NCBI GenBank assembly: GCA_964014525.1
Contig: CAXHAW010000001.1
Coordinates: 1-30,386, forward strand
From: an uncultured bacterium
GTDB lineage: Bacteria; Bacteroidota; Bacteroidia; Flavobacteriales_D; Sanyastnellaceae
DNA length: 30,386 bases
Reading direction: 5' to 3'
This document shows positions 26,541 to 30,386 of the stretch, in pieces. The notes beneath the pieces were generated by a model. It was not told where the DNA came from and did not search any database. It saw nothing but the letters and a program-made list of their open reading frames with translations. The stretch's first letter is position 1; the number at the start of each line of letters is the position of its first letter. Both the position numbers and the translations under genes were made by a program.

Positions 26541-27437
26541 ATGCGCAAGTGGAGAGAGTTCACTGACTTCTATTCGTCGGAGCACCACGCCCGGAACGTG
26601 GGGAAGATGTTCCGCGATCCGGAGAATGCACTCCTGCCCAATTGGAAGCACCTGCCCGTCGGATACCACGGCCGTTCGAGCAGCCTGATTGCATCGGGAG
26701 AGCCCGTCTATCGTCCGTCTGGCCAACGCAAAGAGGCCGATGGAAGCATCTCATTTGGTCCGACGCGAAAACTCGATTTTGAACTGGAAATCGGGGTGGT
26801 CATTTCTCGCGACTCGCAAAGAGGACGGCCCATCGCCATGGAGGAAGCCGACAGCTACATTGAAGGCCTGGTTCTGGTCAACGATTGGTCAGCACGTGAC
26901 ATCCAAGCATGGGAATACGTGCCACTCGGTCCCTTTCTCGGAAAGAACTTTGCCACGACCGTTGGGGACACACTGGTGCCGCTCTCTGCCTTGGAACCGC
27001 ATCGCATAAGCGGGCACGCACAAGACCCACTGCCACTGCCCTATCTGCAGCGTGTGGGGCCCTCCCACTTCGACATTACGCTGGAGGCATGGCATGAGAC
27101 CCCCGATGGCGTCCGGACGCTGCTGACCCGGACCAACCACAAGCACCTCTATTGGGACATCCGGCAACAGCTCGTGCACCACACATCCAATGGCTGCAAT
27201 GTCCGCGCCGGCGACATCCTGGCCAGCGGCACCATCAGCGGTCCGGAACGCGAAAGCTGGGGCTGCCTTCTGGAGTTGAGTTGGAATGGAACGGAACCCC
27301 TGACCCTCGAAGATGGCACCCAGCGCACCTTTCTCGAAGACGGTGACGTGGTCGAGCTGCGCGGTTGGGCGGGCCAGAACAACGCCGTAAACCTAGGGGT
27401 CTTGCGCAATGCGGTCGTCGCCGGGCTCGGCGCTTGA
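26541..27437 (+). CDS. fahA: Fumarylacetoacetase (FahA-type) catalytic domain, lacking the N-terminal domain (298 aa)
   Basis: FTDFYSS.HHA.NVG, NWKHLPVGYHGRSSS, LDFELE, NDWSARDIQ.WEYVPLGPFLGKNF, GDILASGTISG, FLEDGD. The in-frame sequence upstream of 26541 overlaps surA and shows no FAH-like sequence. Confidence 0.85.
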   Translation: MRKWREFTDFYSSEHHARNVGKMFRDPENALLPNWKHLPVGYHGRSSSLIASGEPVYRPSGQRKEADGSISFGPTRKLDFELEIGVVISRDSQRGRPIAMEEADSYIEGLVLVNDWSARDIQAWEYVPLGPFLGKNFATTVGDTLVPLSALEPHRISGHAQDPLPLPYLQRVGPSHFDITLEAWHETPDGVRTLLTRTNHKHLYWDIRQQLVHHTSNGCNVRAGDILASGTISGPERESWGCLLELSWNGTEPLTLEDGTQRTFLEDGDVVELRGWAGQNNAVNLGVLRNAVVAGLGA

Positions 27438-27442
27438 GGTCG

Positions 27443-27450
27443 TAACTTTA
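27443..27450 (+). promoter_or_regulatory. Candidate -7 element, 4 nt before the moxR ATG
   Basis: TAACTTTA-TACC-ATG(27455): one mismatch. Confidence 0.5.
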
Positions 27451-27454
27451 TACC

Positions 27455-28400
<946 letters not shown>

Positions 28401-28417
<17 letters not shown>

Positions 28418-30145
28418 GTTGGTCCCGACGGACCACACAATTTTCCATCACGAGCATGTCCATCGAAGTTCGGGCGTAGCAAGCATATGCATGCTCCGGA
28501 GCATTGACAATGGGCTCGTTCTCATTGAAGCTCGTGTTGAGTAAAATAGGCACCCCTGTCTTAGCATGGAAAGCACTGATAAGGGCGTGATAGCCAGGCG
28601 TAACATCTGAATAAACTGACTGCAGACGCCCAGAGCCGTCAACGTGGGTCACTGCTGGAATCTCTGCCTGTCGCTCCTCGCGAATAGGCAACACCTTTTC
28701 CATAAACGGAACAGGCTCATCAATCTCAAACCACTCCTTCACATGCTCACTGAGGATGGAGGGCGCAAAAGGACGAAAGCTCTCGCGGCGTTTGATTTTA
28801 GAATTAAGCAAGTCCTTGGCATCAGACCGCCGCGGGTCAACAATGATACTTCTGCCACCGAGGGCACGAGGGCCAAACTCGGCCCGACCATTAAACCAAC
28901 CGATCACCTTGCCATCCACCAAAGCATCGGAGACGGCATCGTACAACTCTGAATCCGCCGCATACCGGACATACTCAACTCCCTTAGCCTTCAAGAAGGC
29001 CTCAATTTCCTCATTGCTGTATCGACAGCCCGTGTGGGCACGATTTAAAGCAGTTACGCGAGGCTGGTTTAATTCAGCGTGTATGTAAAACTGAGCAGAG
29101 CCCACAGAGATGCCTGCATCGTGTCCAGCTGAAGGAATGTAGACCTCCTTGAATGGGGTGTTCCGGGTCACCTTCCCGTTGGCCACACTGTTCTGCGCCA
29201 CGCCTCCAGCAATACACACCCGATCCAAACCCGTCTCTTCATGCAGTCGTCGCAACAGGTGAAATATGACCTCTTCACAATGGCGCTGCACAGAGGCGGC
29301 CAAGTCCATGTGCTCTTGGGTCAGTGGATCACCCTTCTTCCGAGTCGGTCCAAAAACCATTTCAAAACGCGGCCCAAACAAGGGGGCTACAGTTGGCAGG
29401 TTGTCAGGGTAACTCACCACACCTCCATCAAGACCGTAATCCTTAATCGGGAAGCGATACCAACCGTCTTTCTCAATGGGCAGAAACGTCGCAACCTGTT
29501 CCTCGAAACGAGGATGACCATAAGGTGCAAGCCCCATCACTTTGTACTCGTCTCCGTAATGGAGAAACCCAAGGTATTGGGTAAAGGCAGTATAAAACAG
29601 CCCAACGCTTGCAGGAAAGTCCAAGCTATCCAAAACCTCAATGTCGCTGCCCTTGCCACGCGCCATCATGGTCGTCGTAAAATCTCCAGAGCCATCTATG
29701 CTCAACACCGCAGCTTCCTCAAAAGGAGAGCTGAAAAACGCCGATGCGAGGTGGCTGCGGTGATGTTCAATGAATTGAATCTTGGCCTTAACCATCTGCA
29801 CATCCACGCCGGGCTCGACCTCATCGAAACGCTCGTGAAGCTTGTCTATATCATCCTTATTTGCAGATCGTTGGGACCACATCGACCAAGCAGCACGGGG
29901 GTGCGTAATAACGAACCTTGCTTTGCGGTCGCGTTTTGCTGACGGATCCCGTCCGATGGTGATCGCAGTAACATCTGACAAGGTGCAACCCGTTTCATTC
30001 AGACAGAACTTGATTGCCTCTGATGGAAAACCCGCCCAATGCTTGACCCTGCGAAACCGCTCTTCCTCGGTCGCCACCACAAGCTCGCCGTTGACGAAAA
30101 TAGCCGCCGAGCTGTCAGCGTGATAGGCGTTCAGACCCAGAACTA

Positions 30146-30149
<4 letters not shown>
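28401..30149 (-). CDS. O-carbamoyltransferase, NodU/CmcH family (582 aa)
   Basis: HADSSAA, EEERF.R.KH, EHH..HLASAF, IDGSGD, YKVMGLAPYG, AGGVAQN, EFGPRALG.RS, KRRESFRPFAP, HVDGSGRLQ, LLNTSFN. Overlaps the 3' end of moxR convergently by 17 nt. Confidence 0.94.

Positions 30150-30386
<237 letters not shown>

Overview
About 30.4 kb of chromosome from a Bacteroidota bacterium, most likely a relatively GC-rich Flavobacteriales-type organism. The taxonomy is inferred from a T9SS type-B C-terminal domain, an exosortase/PID-CTERM locus, TAnnTTTG (-7) promoters and the PPIase-surA-moxR cluster. Left to right the window holds: (1) two tandem, paralogous, very large acidic Cys-rich secreted proteins built from GCTD..A.NY...A..DDGSC linkers alternating with D.FGDGW.G domains, the complete one ending in a Cys-flanked dockerin-like loop rather than a T9SS signal; (2) a conserved 164-aa protein of unknown function; (3) a three-gene exosortase sorting cassette (Cys-rich PID-CTERM substrate, exosortase, associated membrane protein) placed back-to-back with a polysaccharide operon (Wzc-like kinase, AsnB-type amidotransferase, GT4, GT2); (4) guaB, a T9SS type-B protein, an NMO/FabK-family oxidoreductase and a low-GC beta-barrel gene; (5) a PPIase/lipoprotein/SurA chaperone cluster, an N-terminally truncated fumarylacetoacetase and a MoxR ATPase; (6) a convergent carbamoyltransferase and a partial ABC ATPase cut off by a poly-G artefact. 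Several transcription-unit-leading genes have the -7 promoter element 4 nt before the start codon, suggesting leaderless mRNAs. I saw no rRNA, tRNA, CRISPR array, transposase or integrase. All family assignments come from motif recognition by eye, not from database searches.
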